From an uncultured SAR86 cluster bacterium (GTDB lineage Bacteria > Pseudomonadota > Gammaproteobacteria > Magnimaribacterales > D2472): 64,000 nucleotides of DNA. Below, piece by piece: positions 39,827 through 48,654 of the stretch; within the stretch, counting starts at the first letter, position 1, and each line of letters begins with the position of its first letter. The notes below the pieces were generated by a model that worked only from the letters and a program-made list of their open reading frames with translations, searched no databases and was not told the origin of the DNA. The stretch is from positions 32,283 to 96,282 of the forward strand of contig CACPCZ010000001.1 of NCBI GenBank assembly GCA_902632555.1, in the 5' to 3' direction. Position numbers and translations under genes: made by a program.

Positions 39827-41980
39827 CTAAAAATTATTCGCAACTGAGGACATTTCAAAGCCTAATTTCTCTTTTCTTTGATCTTTTTCAGGTGCGTCAC
39901 CTAGCCTTTGGCTGGTTTCAGCCAGCTTTACAAGCATATCGCTTGGCTTGTATACGTCATTTTTAGTTAATTCTTGATATTTCTTTAGTTTTTCAACAAC
40001 TACATCTAAACCCATTGCGTTGGCATGATGCATTGGTCCACCTCTCCAAATTGGAAAACCATAACCATTTATATATACGACATCTATATCTACAGCTCGC
40101 TGTGCAACACCTTCTGAGAGAATATCAGCTCCTTCATTAATAAGAGCTAGAATACATCTATCAACAATTTCCTCATCTGATATATCTCTTCTTGTAAATC
40201 CATTTTCCTGTGATATTTTCTCGTATAATGCTTCATTTTCAGGTGCTGCATTTGGAGCCCTTGAGCCTTCAGAATAATTGTAATAACCCTTTCCATTTTT
40301 TTGACCAAATCTGTTTTGTTCACATAGTTCATCGCCAATTTTTGCGTGTAGAGGAGATTCTTTACCACTGAGCTTCCTTGCTCTCCATCCTAGATCTAGA
40401 CCAACAAGGTCCATCATTCTAAAAGGACCCATATTTAATCCAAAGGATTCTAATGCCTGATCAATTTGGTTGGGGAGGGCGCCTTCAAGCAATAACATAT
40501 TTGCTTGAGCTGTATATCCGAACAACATTCTGTTACCGATAAAACCTGGAGCATTTAACGAGACAACAGCAGCTTTTTTAAGCTTTTTACCTATTGCCAT
40601 GACACTTGCCAAAGTTTCATTAGAAGTCTCTTCACCTCTCACTACTTCAAGTAATCGCATAATGTTTGCAGGACTAAAGAAGTGAGTACCTACTACCAAT
40701 CCAGGCCTTTTAGTTACTGATGCAATAGAATCAATATCTAAACCTGAAGTATTACTAGCTAAAATCGCATCCGGTTTCACTTGCTCATCTAGAGCCTTAA
40801 ATATTTCATGCTTGAGCTCAAGATTTTCATATACTGCCTCAATAACGATGTCGCAATCTGCTACTCCCTCATAATCTAATCCAGAACTTACAAGACCAAA
40901 AACATTGTCTTTTTGATCAGGAGTAAGTCTTCCTTTTTTTACCATAAATTCATAATTTTTCTCGATGACAGAAATACCTCGCTTAAGGTTTTCTTCATCC
41001 TGATCTATAACATGGACTGGGATACCAGCATTTGCAAAGCACATTGCAATACCACCACCCATTGTTCCTGATCCTATAATTCCAGCTTTTTTAATTTCTT
41101 TTACTGGTGTATCCTTTGGAACATCTGATATTTTAGAGGCAGCCCTTTCTCCAAAGAAAATATGAATCATTGCTTCCCTTTGTGGATGAAGCAAACATTC
41201 TAAAAATAATTCACCTTCTTTTTTAAGACCTTCATCAAAATCATCTAAATTAATAGCAGCTTCTACACACTTTATAATTTGGCCAGGTGCAAACTGACCT
41301 TTTCTGCCCTTGGCAGCCATTGCTTGAGCTTCTAGCAATACCTTATCATTACCTCTTGCTTCGATCATCTTGTCATTGAAATCTCGGACTTTTGGATGAT
41401 TTTCAGTAGTTTTAGACTTTTCAATAACAAATTTGATTGAATCTTCAACTACATTGTCGCTAATATCATCAATTATTCCCATATCTAAAGCTTTTTTAGC
41501 AGGTACGTGACTTCCTGAAAGCATCATTTTTAAGGCCTCACTTGGTCCGGCAAGTCTTGGAAGACGTTGTGTTCCGCCTCCGCCTGGCAAAAGGCCTAAA
41601 TTTACTTCAGGAAGGCCAACAAATGCTGTATTAGATGCAATTCTATAATTACAACATAACGCAGTTTCAAGTCCTCCACCCAGAGCAATCCCATTAATTG
41701 CTGCCACAACTGGCTTTGAACAATGCTCAAGTTTACTGAAAACCTCATTAAGGCTTACTCCTTCAACATTTCCGCCAAATTCAGATATATCTGCTCCAGC
41801 AATAAAAGCTCTACCTTTACCTGTAACAACTACCCCTACTACGCTTTCATCAGATTCGGCTTTTAGAAGACTATCGTGCAATCCCGTTCTTACACCATCA
41901 CTTAGTGGGTTAACAGGTGGATTATCAACAGTCAAAACTGCTACGTTATCTATAATTTCGAATAAAACTGTACCTTTCAA
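39827..41980 (-). CDS. multifunctional enoyl-CoA hydratase / 3-hydroxyacyl-CoA dehydrogenase (FadB/FadJ/FadN-like)
   Basis: 717 aa with a TTG start and an AGGAGA RBS. It has an N-terminal crotonase fold (FIAGADISEF, ALGGGLE) and a central GIIGSGTMGGGIA NAD-binding HACD domain. No adjacent thiolase. Confidence 0.85.
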   Translation of the reverse strand: MKGTVLFEIIDNVAVLTVDNPPVNPLSDGVRTGLHDSLLKAESDESVVGVVVTGKGRAFIAGADISEFGGNVEGVSLNEVFSKLEHCSKPVVAAINGIALGGGLETALCCNYRIASNTAFVGLPEVNLGLLPGGGGTQRLPRLAGPSEALKMMLSGSHVPAKKALDMGIIDDISDNVVEDSIKFVIEKSKTTENHPKVRDFNDKMIEARGNDKVLLEAQAMAAKGRKGQFAPGQIIKCVEAAINLDDFDEGLKKEGELFLECLLHPQREAMIHIFFGERAASKISDVPKDTPVKEIKKAGIIGSGTMGGGIAMCFANAGIPVHVIDQDEENLKRGISVIEKNYEFMVKKGRLTPDQKDNVFGLVSSGLDYEGVADCDIVIEAVYENLELKHEIFKALDEQVKPDAILASNTSGLDIDSIASVTKRPGLVVGTHFFSPANIMRLLEVVRGEETSNETLASVMAIGKKLKKAAVVSLNAPGFIGNRMLFGYTAQANMLLLEGALPNQIDQALESFGLNMGPFRMMDLVGLDLGWRARKLSGKESPLHAKIGDELCEQNRFGQKNGKGYYNYSEGSRAPNAAPENEALYEKISQENGFTRRDISDEEIVDRCILALINEGADILSEGVAQRAVDIDVVYINGYGFPIWRGGPMHHANAMGLDVVVEKLKKYQELTKNDVYKPSDMLVKLAETSQRLGDAPEKDQRKEKLGFEMSSVANNF

Positions 41981-42053
41981 AGCATTTCTCCTAAATTTTT
42001 ACGTTGTTTCTGCATTATACATAAAAAAAATGCATTTTATTTTATAAATACTG

Positions 42054-42081
42054 TTGATAATAGATTATAAATATATATAAT
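42054..42081 (+). promoter_or_regulatory. sigma70-like promoter, TTGATA-16 bp-TATAAT
   Basis: TTGATA lies at 42054-42059 and TATAAT at 42076-42081. Such hexamers are easier to hit by chance in AT-rich DNA, hence the moderate confidence. Confidence 0.4.
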
Positions 42082-42087
42082 AATTAT

Positions 42088-42163
42088 GTCAGCACTCCTC
42101 TCCCCTATTAATTTTGCTGACACTCTGGAATTATGGAGGGCATTGCCCTCCATCTCTTTTTTT
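42088..42163 (+). ncRNA. candidate small RNA or cis-acting leader (unrecognised family), about 75 nt
   Basis: Hairpin 1 is GTCAGCA/TGCTGAC (42088-42094 with 42115-42121) with a 20-nt loop containing CUCCUCUCCCCU. Hairpin 2 is the terminator. The element sits just downstream of the promoter above. Confidence 0.35.
42133..42163 (+). terminator. Rho-independent terminator
   Basis: A 9-bp stem ATGGAGGGC/GCCCTCCAT (42133-42141 with 42145-42153) with a 3-nt loop, followed by CTC and T7 (42157-42163). Confidence 0.55.
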
Positions 42164-42180
42164 AAGGAAAGGTATTTTAA

Positions 42181-42267
42181 ATGGATAAAATTAAAGATAA
42201 TATTGAATTAATTTTTTTAGTCACTATCTTTATAACTTCACTATCTGCAATTACGCCGATAAGTTAG
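42181..42267 (+). CDS. hypothetical 28-aa single-TM peptide; not in the ORF track
   Basis: My translation is MDKIKDNIELIFLVTIFITSLSAITPIS*. An AAGGAAAGG RBS lies 8 nt upstream of the ATG, and the ORF ends 12 nt before the gpx ATG. There is no comparative evidence. Confidence 0.25.
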   Translation: MDKIKDNIELIFLVTIFITSLSAITPIS

Positions 42268-42279
42268 AATTACTTTCTT

Positions 42280-42804
42280 ATGAAACAACTATTAATTTTT
42301 TCTATATCATTTTTTTCATTTAATATTTTTGCTTGCAGCAACTTGCTTGATACCGAAATGCGTATTCTTGACTCCAGTGACAAAGTTAATCTCTGTGAAT
42401 ATGAAGATAAAGTTATTCTAGTAGTAAATGTTGCGAGCAGATGTGGTTATACTTATCAATACGCATCACTTCAAACACTTTATGATAATTATAAAAGTGA
42501 TGATTTTGTAATTTTTGGAATTCCTTCAAGAGATTTTTTACAAGAGTATGCTGCTGAAGAGGACGTTGCAGAATTTTGTTCAACTGAATATGGTGTAAAT
42601 TTTCCTATGTTCGCAACTTCAAAAGTTCGAGGTAAAAAAGCAAGCCCATTTTACAAAAAACTTATTAATGAAAGTGGTGTTACTCCTTCTTGGAATTTTA
42701 ATAAGTATTTGATATCACGAGATGGAACTGTTGTTTCTACATATGGATCATCTGTAAAGCCTGATTCTGCCGAACTTATTTCTGATATAGAAAAACTTCT
42801 TTAA
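42280..42804 (+). CDS. gpx: glutathione peroxidase (Cys-type) with signal peptide
   Basis: Motifs NVASRCGYT (a TGT Cys codon, not TGA) and WNFNKYLI, with an N-terminal hydrophobic leader. Confidence 0.9.
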   Translation: MKQLLIFSISFFSFNIFACSNLLDTEMRILDSSDKVNLCEYEDKVILVVNVASRCGYTYQYASLQTLYDNYKSDDFVIFGIPSRDFLQEYAAEEDVAEFCSTEYGVNFPMFATSKVRGKKASPFYKKLINESGVTPSWNFNKYLISRDGTVVSTYGSSVKPDSAELISDIEKLL

Positions 42805-42805
42805 A

Positions 42806-43459
42806 TTATTCTCCAACGAGAACAACACTAGGCTTATTAAAAGCAAACAAACCATTATCTACGACTCCTGGAATATTATTGATTAATATTTCTAATGCTT
42901 CTGGTTCATCTATGGATAAGTTTTTTACATCAATGATTTGATTACCTTGATCAGTTAAAAATCCTTTTCTATATTCAGGCAAGCCACCCATGGCAATAAT
43001 TTTTCTGGAAACCATACTTCTACTTTCTGGAATTACTTCTATCGGCAGAGGAAAGGCACCTAGTTTTTTAACAAGCTTTGATTCATCAACAATGCATATA
43101 AACTCTTTTGAAGCAGCTGCAACAATTTTTTCTCTAGTGTGAGCACCACCACCACCTTTAATTAAAAAATTTTTGGGTGAAACTTCATCTGCTCCATCAA
43201 TATAGAAAGATACCTCATCAACGTCATTAAGATTGAATACCTCTACACCAATTTCTTTTAAAAGCTCAGATGAGACATTTGAGCTTGAAACAGCACCTTT
43301 AAAATGATTCTTTAAGCTGGATAATTCTTTGATAAAAAAATTTACTGTTGACCCAGTGCCAATTCCAATAACCATATCTTTGAAAAGTTTCTTTTCAATA
43401 TAATTTATTGCTTTCTTTGCAACACTTATCTTTGAAGCACTCATGCAGTTATAATACAA
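42806..43459 (-). CDS. rpiA: ribose-5-phosphate isomerase A
   Basis: Motifs GIGTGSTV, DGADEV and KGGGGAHTREK. Confidence 0.9.
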   Translation of the reverse strand: MYYNCMSASKISVAKKAINYIEKKLFKDMVIGIGTGSTVNFFIKELSSLKNHFKGAVSSSNVSSELLKEIGVEVFNLNDVDEVSFYIDGADEVSPKNFLIKGGGGAHTREKIVAAASKEFICIVDESKLVKKLGAFPLPIEVIPESRSMVSRKIIAMGGLPEYRKGFLTDQGNQIIDVKNLSIDEPEALEILINNIPGVVDNGLFAFNKPSVVLVGE

Positions 43460-43482
43460 GAAAATATTAGAAGTGAACCAAA

Positions 43483-45039
43483 TTGAGATTAAAAATAAAA
43501 AAAACGGGAACTTATAGATATTCTAAAAAATATCTTAAGTTAATAAAAAATGCAGAAGCATGCGTTTATGATGTTGCAATTGATTCACCCACCACTCACG
43601 CAATCAATCTTTCTTTAAAAGAAAATAATAATATTTATCTTAAAAGAGAGGATCTTCAGCCAATTTTTTCTTTCAAAAATAGAGGGGCTTATAACAAAAT
43701 TAAAAACTTATCCGATAAGAAAAAGTCTTATGGGATCATTGCTGCATCAGCCGGCAATCATGCGCAAGGCGTTGCATTAGCTTGTAAAAAATTAAAAATA
43801 GAATGCAATATTGTTATGCCTGTCACGGCTCCTGAAAATAAACTTAATTCTGTAAAAAGACTTGGAGCAAAAATAACTCAGTTTGGTGAAAATCTTGCTG
43901 AGGCACTCGTAAAGGCAGATGAAATCTCTAAAAAGAAAAAATATACTTTTGTTCATCCGTTTGACGATCCATATACAATAGCTGGTCAAGGAACGGTAGG
44001 GAAAGAAATTCTACAAGATGGTATAGATTATGATGCTGTTTTTGTACCCGTTGGAGGAGGGGGCCTGCTTGCTGGAATATCTGCATGGGTGAGACAACAT
44101 AAGAAAAAAATTAAAATAATTGGAGTTGAGGTCGATGATTCCGCCTGTTTAACAGAGGCATTGAAAAATAATAAAAGAGTATTGTTGAAGAAGGTCGGAT
44201 TATTTGCAGATGGCGTGGCCGTATCCCAAGTTGGGAAAAATAATCTTGATGTTATTAAAGAATGTGTTGACGAGGTAATGATTGTTAACATTGATGAAGT
44301 TTGTGCAGCAGTAAAAGACATTTTTGAAGATACTCGAGTATTATCAGAACCCTCTGGTGCAGTAGCTTTAGCCGGCCTCAAGAAATATTCAAAAAGAATC
44401 ACTGGAAAAAATCTTCTTGCAGTAAGCTCAGGAGCAAACATAAATTTTCAGAAGCTTGGATTTATTGTTGAAAGATCAGAATTAGGAGAAAACAGAGAAA
44501 AGATATTAAGCATAAAAATACCTGAAAAACCTGGAAGCTTTTTGAAATTAGCCAAAGTGTTTGGGAAATTATCTGTAACAGAGTTTAATTATAGGAAAGC
44601 AGACGATAAAGATGCCCTTGTATTAGTTGGAATAAGAACGTCTTCCGAAAAAAGTTTTATCAAATTAAAACAAAAACTTAGAAAGTTAAAATATAAATTC
44701 AGTGACTATACCAGTAATGAAATATCAAATGATCACCTCAGACATATGGTCGGGGGTAGGGCAAGATTAAATTCAGATTCAGGCAGTATTGAAAGAATAT
44801 TCAATGGAGAATTTCCTGAGAAGCCGGGAGCACTTCTTAATTTTCTTGAAAAATTTGGAAACAATTGGAACATATCGCTTTTCCATTATCGAAATATTGG
44901 ATCTGCATATGGAAATATATTAATAGGAATTGAAGACAAAAATTCAGATAAATCAAAACTGATAAAACATCTTGAAAAATCTGGAACTGTCTTTAAAGAG
45001 GAAAGTAAAAACAAGGCCTACTTAGACTTTCTTAAGTAA
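43483..45039 (+). CDS. ilvA: threonine ammonia-lyase, biosynthetic
   Basis: TTG start, the PLP-Lys motif FSFKNRGAYN, GNHAQGVA, and two C-terminal ACT-like regulatory repeats. Confidence 0.9.
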   Translation: MRLKIKKTGTYRYSKKYLKLIKNAEACVYDVAIDSPTTHAINLSLKENNNIYLKREDLQPIFSFKNRGAYNKIKNLSDKKKSYGIIAASAGNHAQGVALACKKLKIECNIVMPVTAPENKLNSVKRLGAKITQFGENLAEALVKADEISKKKKYTFVHPFDDPYTIAGQGTVGKEILQDGIDYDAVFVPVGGGGLLAGISAWVRQHKKKIKIIGVEVDDSACLTEALKNNKRVLLKKVGLFADGVAVSQVGKNNLDVIKECVDEVMIVNIDEVCAAVKDIFEDTRVLSEPSGAVALAGLKKYSKRITGKNLLAVSSGANINFQKLGFIVERSELGENREKILSIKIPEKPGSFLKLAKVFGKLSVTEFNYRKADDKDALVLVGIRTSSEKSFIKLKQKLRKLKYKFSDYTSNEISNDHLRHMVGGRARLNSDSGSIERIFNGEFPEKPGALLNFLEKFGNNWNISLFHYRNIGSAYGNILIGIEDKNSDKSKLIKHLEKSGTVFKEESKNKAYLDFLK

Positions 45040-47316
45040 TTAAAATTTTAGTCTAATTTTTAAAGAGAATATTTCGTTATCAGGATTCTTCCAGGGATCA
45101 TTAAAAATATCTGAAAAAGATCTTTCGTCATCTTCCTCATATACTTCGCCACCTCTTGTATAGACTAAGTAGATGTTTGATAAAGGCGCTATCTCATATT
45201 TGTATCTTATTTGAAATGAATTGATACCATTTGAGAAAGGATTTACTTTTTTGCTACTCTCAAACAAGACGCCATTAATATCTGTAAATAATGATTTTGG
45301 TCTTTTAGCTTCAAGCGCTACAAATTGACTTTTAAGTCTAATTTCATGTTTAACACCTTTAAACCAGTTTAGATTTAAAGATATTATTCTTTGATTTAGG
45401 TCATATGTAGCCAAATGATTCGAATCAATCCAGTTCAACCATTCTTTCTCTTTCTTTATCCTAAATTCTGTTCGAATTTTAATATTTTCACTTGGAAACA
45501 AAGATCCTGCTATTTTGAAAAATCTTTTTCTGTAACCTTTAGAATCCCATGTGTCATAGTTAGATGATTTATCAAAACTCATTCTCCAATCATAAGTCCA
45601 GTACTTATAATTTTTAGCTTCAAAATCAGTTGTTACGCTTACTCTATTTTTTATTTTTACAAATGGGTATATTGGATCTTTTCTTGTAATTGTTGTATTT
45701 TTTCCAGAAGATTTAAATCTGAAATCATATTTAAAACTTGAAGTATCTTTAAATTGCGTTTGATTTCTGACTACGAAATCGAGTGGATTTGAATTACCTT
45801 CTGTATCAGCGTCATAGTTAAAATCATACTGAATATCTACTTGCTCAAGTACAGATTTTTCAGGGAAACCGTTTTTAGTAATATTATGACCAATGCCGAA
45901 ATGGAACCAATCATTTTTTTTAAGGTAACCAAAATCATTTAATTTAACTTTTTTGTCAAAATATAAAATACTTCCAGAAGTTCTTGTTAAATCAGTTGGT
46001 TTGTATGTAAATTGAAATCTCGCACCTTTTCCAAGATTTCCTTCCTTTTTAGTTGTTATAAAATCAGCATAGGTTATCAGCCTATTTGATCTTACGTTTA
46101 TATAATCAAAGACATTTACAGTGCTTTTAGTTCCTGCAACATCATTTTGTACATTTGTAATCATATAGCCAAGAGATCTTGTATTTATTTTTGTTTTTCC
46201 TCTCAGAGCAATAAATTCTCTTCCTTTGGAGTAATTCTCATCTGATTCTTTTGCCAGGAATATTCCATAATCATTTTTAGTATTTCTTTGGGTATATCTA
46301 AGAGAGTAATCAATATCTGAAAAATTTTTTTTATTTGCTTCACAAGCAATTTGATTTTTTTCTGATGCGCAATTATATGTTGGAGCTGAGCCTATTCTTC
46401 GCGTATTAATAATTGAGTATCTATCATAATTACTAATATCAAATAAAGACTGATTCTCAGTAAAGAAAGCTCTTTTTTCTTTATAAAATGTTTCCTGAGC
46501 AGAAAAATTAACAATCACATCATCACTTTCGGCTTGGCCAAAATCAGGATTGATAGTTAAATTAAGCTGACTGCCTTTACCAGAGCTATAAAAAATTTCT
46601 GCACCAACATTAGATTCTTCAAAATTAGTTGGGTTATTTTTATTAAATGCAAAGTAAGGAAAAAAATTGAATTTTGATTTTGTATAGTTATTTATTTCTA
46701 ATGAATCAAGCTCTTGAAAATAATCTGCTCTAGTAGCCATTGTTCCTGAACTACTTGACCAAGACTGATCTTTGGCTATATATCTTAAAAATGAATAATT
46801 TATTTTCCTTTTTTTAGACTCAGACTGGTTCATAAGAACTACATCCCATGGAAGATATATTTCAGAAGACCAGAAATCTTTATATTTTTTTGTTTTAGCT
46901 ATCCAGTCTCCATCCCAGTCTGTTTTAAAATCACCAGATTGAATTTTAATTGCATCAAACAATGAGTCACCAAGAGCAACAGCTATTATGTATGCTTTTG
47001 TTCTATCTCCATCAAAGTCTATATTTATAGAATTCTTTTCGCTAAGAGATGACATTTCGTCACGCATTGTTTTATTTGCAAGCATAGTAGACTCATCCTG
47101 ATAATTAATGAACCCAACATAAATACCGTCCTCGTTTGAAAAGATGTATGCAATAGTTTGATCAACTGTTTTGTTCATTGAATAGGGAGACGTTTCATAG
47201 AACTCATTAACCATAAATGCACTTTGCCATTCAGGTTCGTTAAGTTCGCCGTCTACAACTATTTGCTCTGCATGTATAGAAAGCGCAAAGAATAATATAA
47301 AAATTTTTTTAAGCAT
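45040..47316 (-). CDS. outer-membrane-type protein with a CBM9-like N-terminal domain and DUF5916-like beta-rich C-terminus
   Basis: 758 aa with a signal peptide, VVDGELNEPEWQSA near the N-terminus, long amphipathic beta-strand-rich sequence, and a terminal F. Confidence 0.55.
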   Translation of the reverse strand: MLKKIFILFFALSIHAEQIVVDGELNEPEWQSAFMVNEFYETSPYSMNKTVDQTIAYIFSNEDGIYVGFINYQDESTMLANKTMRDEMSSLSEKNSINIDFDGDRTKAYIIAVALGDSLFDAIKIQSGDFKTDWDGDWIAKTKKYKDFWSSEIYLPWDVVLMNQSESKKRKINYSFLRYIAKDQSWSSSSGTMATRADYFQELDSLEINNYTKSKFNFFPYFAFNKNNPTNFEESNVGAEIFYSSGKGSQLNLTINPDFGQAESDDVIVNFSAQETFYKEKRAFFTENQSLFDISNYDRYSIINTRRIGSAPTYNCASEKNQIACEANKKNFSDIDYSLRYTQRNTKNDYGIFLAKESDENYSKGREFIALRGKTKINTRSLGYMITNVQNDVAGTKSTVNVFDYINVRSNRLITYADFITTKKEGNLGKGARFQFTYKPTDLTRTSGSILYFDKKVKLNDFGYLKKNDWFHFGIGHNITKNGFPEKSVLEQVDIQYDFNYDADTEGNSNPLDFVVRNQTQFKDTSSFKYDFRFKSSGKNTTITRKDPIYPFVKIKNRVSVTTDFEAKNYKYWTYDWRMSFDKSSNYDTWDSKGYRKRFFKIAGSLFPSENIKIRTEFRIKKEKEWLNWIDSNHLATYDLNQRIISLNLNWFKGVKHEIRLKSQFVALEAKRPKSLFTDINGVLFESSKKVNPFSNGINSFQIRYKYEIAPLSNIYLVYTRGGEVYEEDDERSFSDIFNDPWKNPDNEIFSLKIRLKF

Positions 47317-47340
47317 AGATTGAGGACGTCATTCTATATC

Positions 47341-47910
47341 TTACACATAACTATGTATATTGCTTTCAGTAATAACTAAGTCATATTTTATGTCGTGATT
47401 TTCGCCAAAAATTTCTTTTAAAAGTTGATATTCATATCCAATACCAACTATTAAAGGAACTGACTTTAAAGTTTGGATATTCTCAAGGGCTCTATCGTAA
47501 TATCCACCACCGTAACCAAGCCTTCTTCCATGCCTGTCAACGCCTAAAAACGGTATAACAAGTAGATCAATTTCATGAACTTGTGCACAGTGCAAGTTAT
47601 TGGATTCCAATATTCCATATTTATTTTTAATAAGGTCTGATTCAGATGTATATAAATTAAAACTGAGTTTTTTTTGTGGCAAGACTTTTGGAAGATAAAT
47701 TTTAATAGATCTTTTGTTAATATTTTTTATTACTTGATCCAGCTTAATTTCTTGCTTAAAAGGACAATACAAGAGAATATTTTTAATAGTTTGACTATCC
47801 AGAAATTCAATAAACTTATTCTGTATATCTGTTGAAGAAGGTTTTATAAAATCTTCAGAAAGAGCAAGCCCCTGCTTAAGTAGTGATTTTCTTAATTTAT
47901 TTTTCACCAT
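47341..47910 (-). CDS. ygfA: 5-formyltetrahydrofolate cyclo-ligase
   Basis: Motif GVDRHGRRLGYGGGYYDR. It sits immediately downstream of 6S RNA, as in E. coli ssrS-ygfA. Confidence 0.75.
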   Translation of the reverse strand: MVKNKLRKSLLKQGLALSEDFIKPSSTDIQNKFIEFLDSQTIKNILLYCPFKQEIKLDQVIKNINKRSIKIYLPKVLPQKKLSFNLYTSESDLIKNKYGILESNNLHCAQVHEIDLLVIPFLGVDRHGRRLGYGGGYYDRALENIQTLKSVPLIVGIGYEYQLLKEIFGENHDIKYDLVITESNIHSYV

Positions 47911-47921
47911 AAAAAATTGCA

Positions 47922-48098
47922 GAGGCTATCAAACCAGATCACCGCCATGTGCTATACCTGAACCGAAAGTTCAGGTGGTGAATATCTTGTCAGATCAGGC
48001 TTCCCTTATAGGTATTGCACAACAAAGACAGTGGAAAATCACCTAATTATTAGTATCGGTTCAAATTTATTAGCACATTAGCAAATGAACCAGAATGT
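47922..48098 (-). ncRNA. ssrS: 6S RNA (ends uncertain by about 10 nt)
   Basis: It sits between zapA and ygfA, the classic synteny. The minus-strand sequence AUUCACCACCUGAACUUUCGGUUCAGGUAUAGCACAUGGCGGUGAUCUGG parallels the E. coli 6S 3' half (AUUCACCUUGAACCAAGGGUUCAAGGGUUACAGCCUGCGGCGGCAUCUCGG). The 5' AUGUGCUA pairs with the 3' UAGCACAU in the closing stem. A TTGACA box lies at 48118-48123. Confidence 0.8.
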
Positions 48099-48135
48099 TT
48101 AGAAAGTATAAAATAGTTGTCAAGGAAGTGAAAGA

Positions 48136-48402
48136 TTAATTTTTCAGAGCTTGATCAATTTTTGATATTATTTTTGTAAGATTTTGATCATTCATATGAC
48201 CGCCCTGAACATCTTTAGAAAGAAGTTTATCTGCAAGCGTGAGTCCAGCGATTATCAGTGCATTATTTTTATCATTAATATTATCTAATTCTTTATTAAG
48301 TAACTCAGCCGCTTTTATTAAATTATCTTTTTCTTTTGGAGGGCAGGCTATAGTAAGATCTCTTCCAAAGATTCTTAAGGAAACAGTTTCAACTTTACTC
48401 AC
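48136..48402 (-). CDS. zapA: cell division protein ZapA
   Basis: LRIFGRDLTIACPP matches the ZapA N-terminal signature IFGRxLxxxCPP, and the C-terminus is coiled-coil. Confidence 0.8.
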   Translation of the reverse strand: MSKVETVSLRIFGRDLTIACPPKEKDNLIKAAELLNKELDNINDKNNALIIAGLTLADKLLSKDVQGGHMNDQNLTKIISKIDQALKN

Positions 48403-48589
48403 TGTTTGCCTTCTTTAAATCTTTTTCAAGCTTCGTTACTATTTTTTTATGAAGCACTTTATCTTTTTTCCACTCTCTTTCTCTTTTAATATATGCATTG
48501 ATGATGCCTTTTTGTTCTTCAAATCTTTTGATAAGTAAATTTATTTTTTTTTCAAGATCTTCTGAAGTTAGATTAGCATTTTTAGACAT
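48395..48589 (-). CDS. small coiled-coil protein upstream of zapA (TIGR02449/ZapB-like)
   Basis: 64 aa, entirely heptad-like and K/E-rich. It overlaps the zapA start by 8 nt. The call rests on position and composition only. Confidence 0.4.
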   Translation of the reverse strand: MSKNANLTSEDLEKKINLLIKRFEEQKGIINAYIKREREWKKDKVLHKKIVTKLEKDLKKANSE

Positions 48590-48654
48590 TTTGATAGTTT
48601 AATTCTACTTTAATGAATTGGAAAGTTTGTTTAATAAAAGAGTAAAATAACAAC

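Noticed and set aside
42056-42074. Fur-box-like palindrome (ATAAT-AG-ATTAT) overlapping the candidate sRNA promoter, which would suggest a RyhB-like iron sRNA
   Set aside because: Only about 7 of 19 positions match GATAATGATAATCATTATC, and the half-site spacing is 2 nt rather than 1. In DNA this AT-rich the resemblance is not meaningful without comparative support.
42086-42211. 41-codon ORF (MSALLSPINFADTLELWRALPS...) starting at the first hairpin of the sRNA candidate
   Set aside because: It has no RBS and reads straight through a strong intrinsic terminator. A non-coding interpretation is more parsimonious.
42442-42444. Possible selenocysteine in glutathione peroxidase
   Set aside because: The active-site codon is TGT (Cys), not TGA, and no SECIS-like hairpin is needed.
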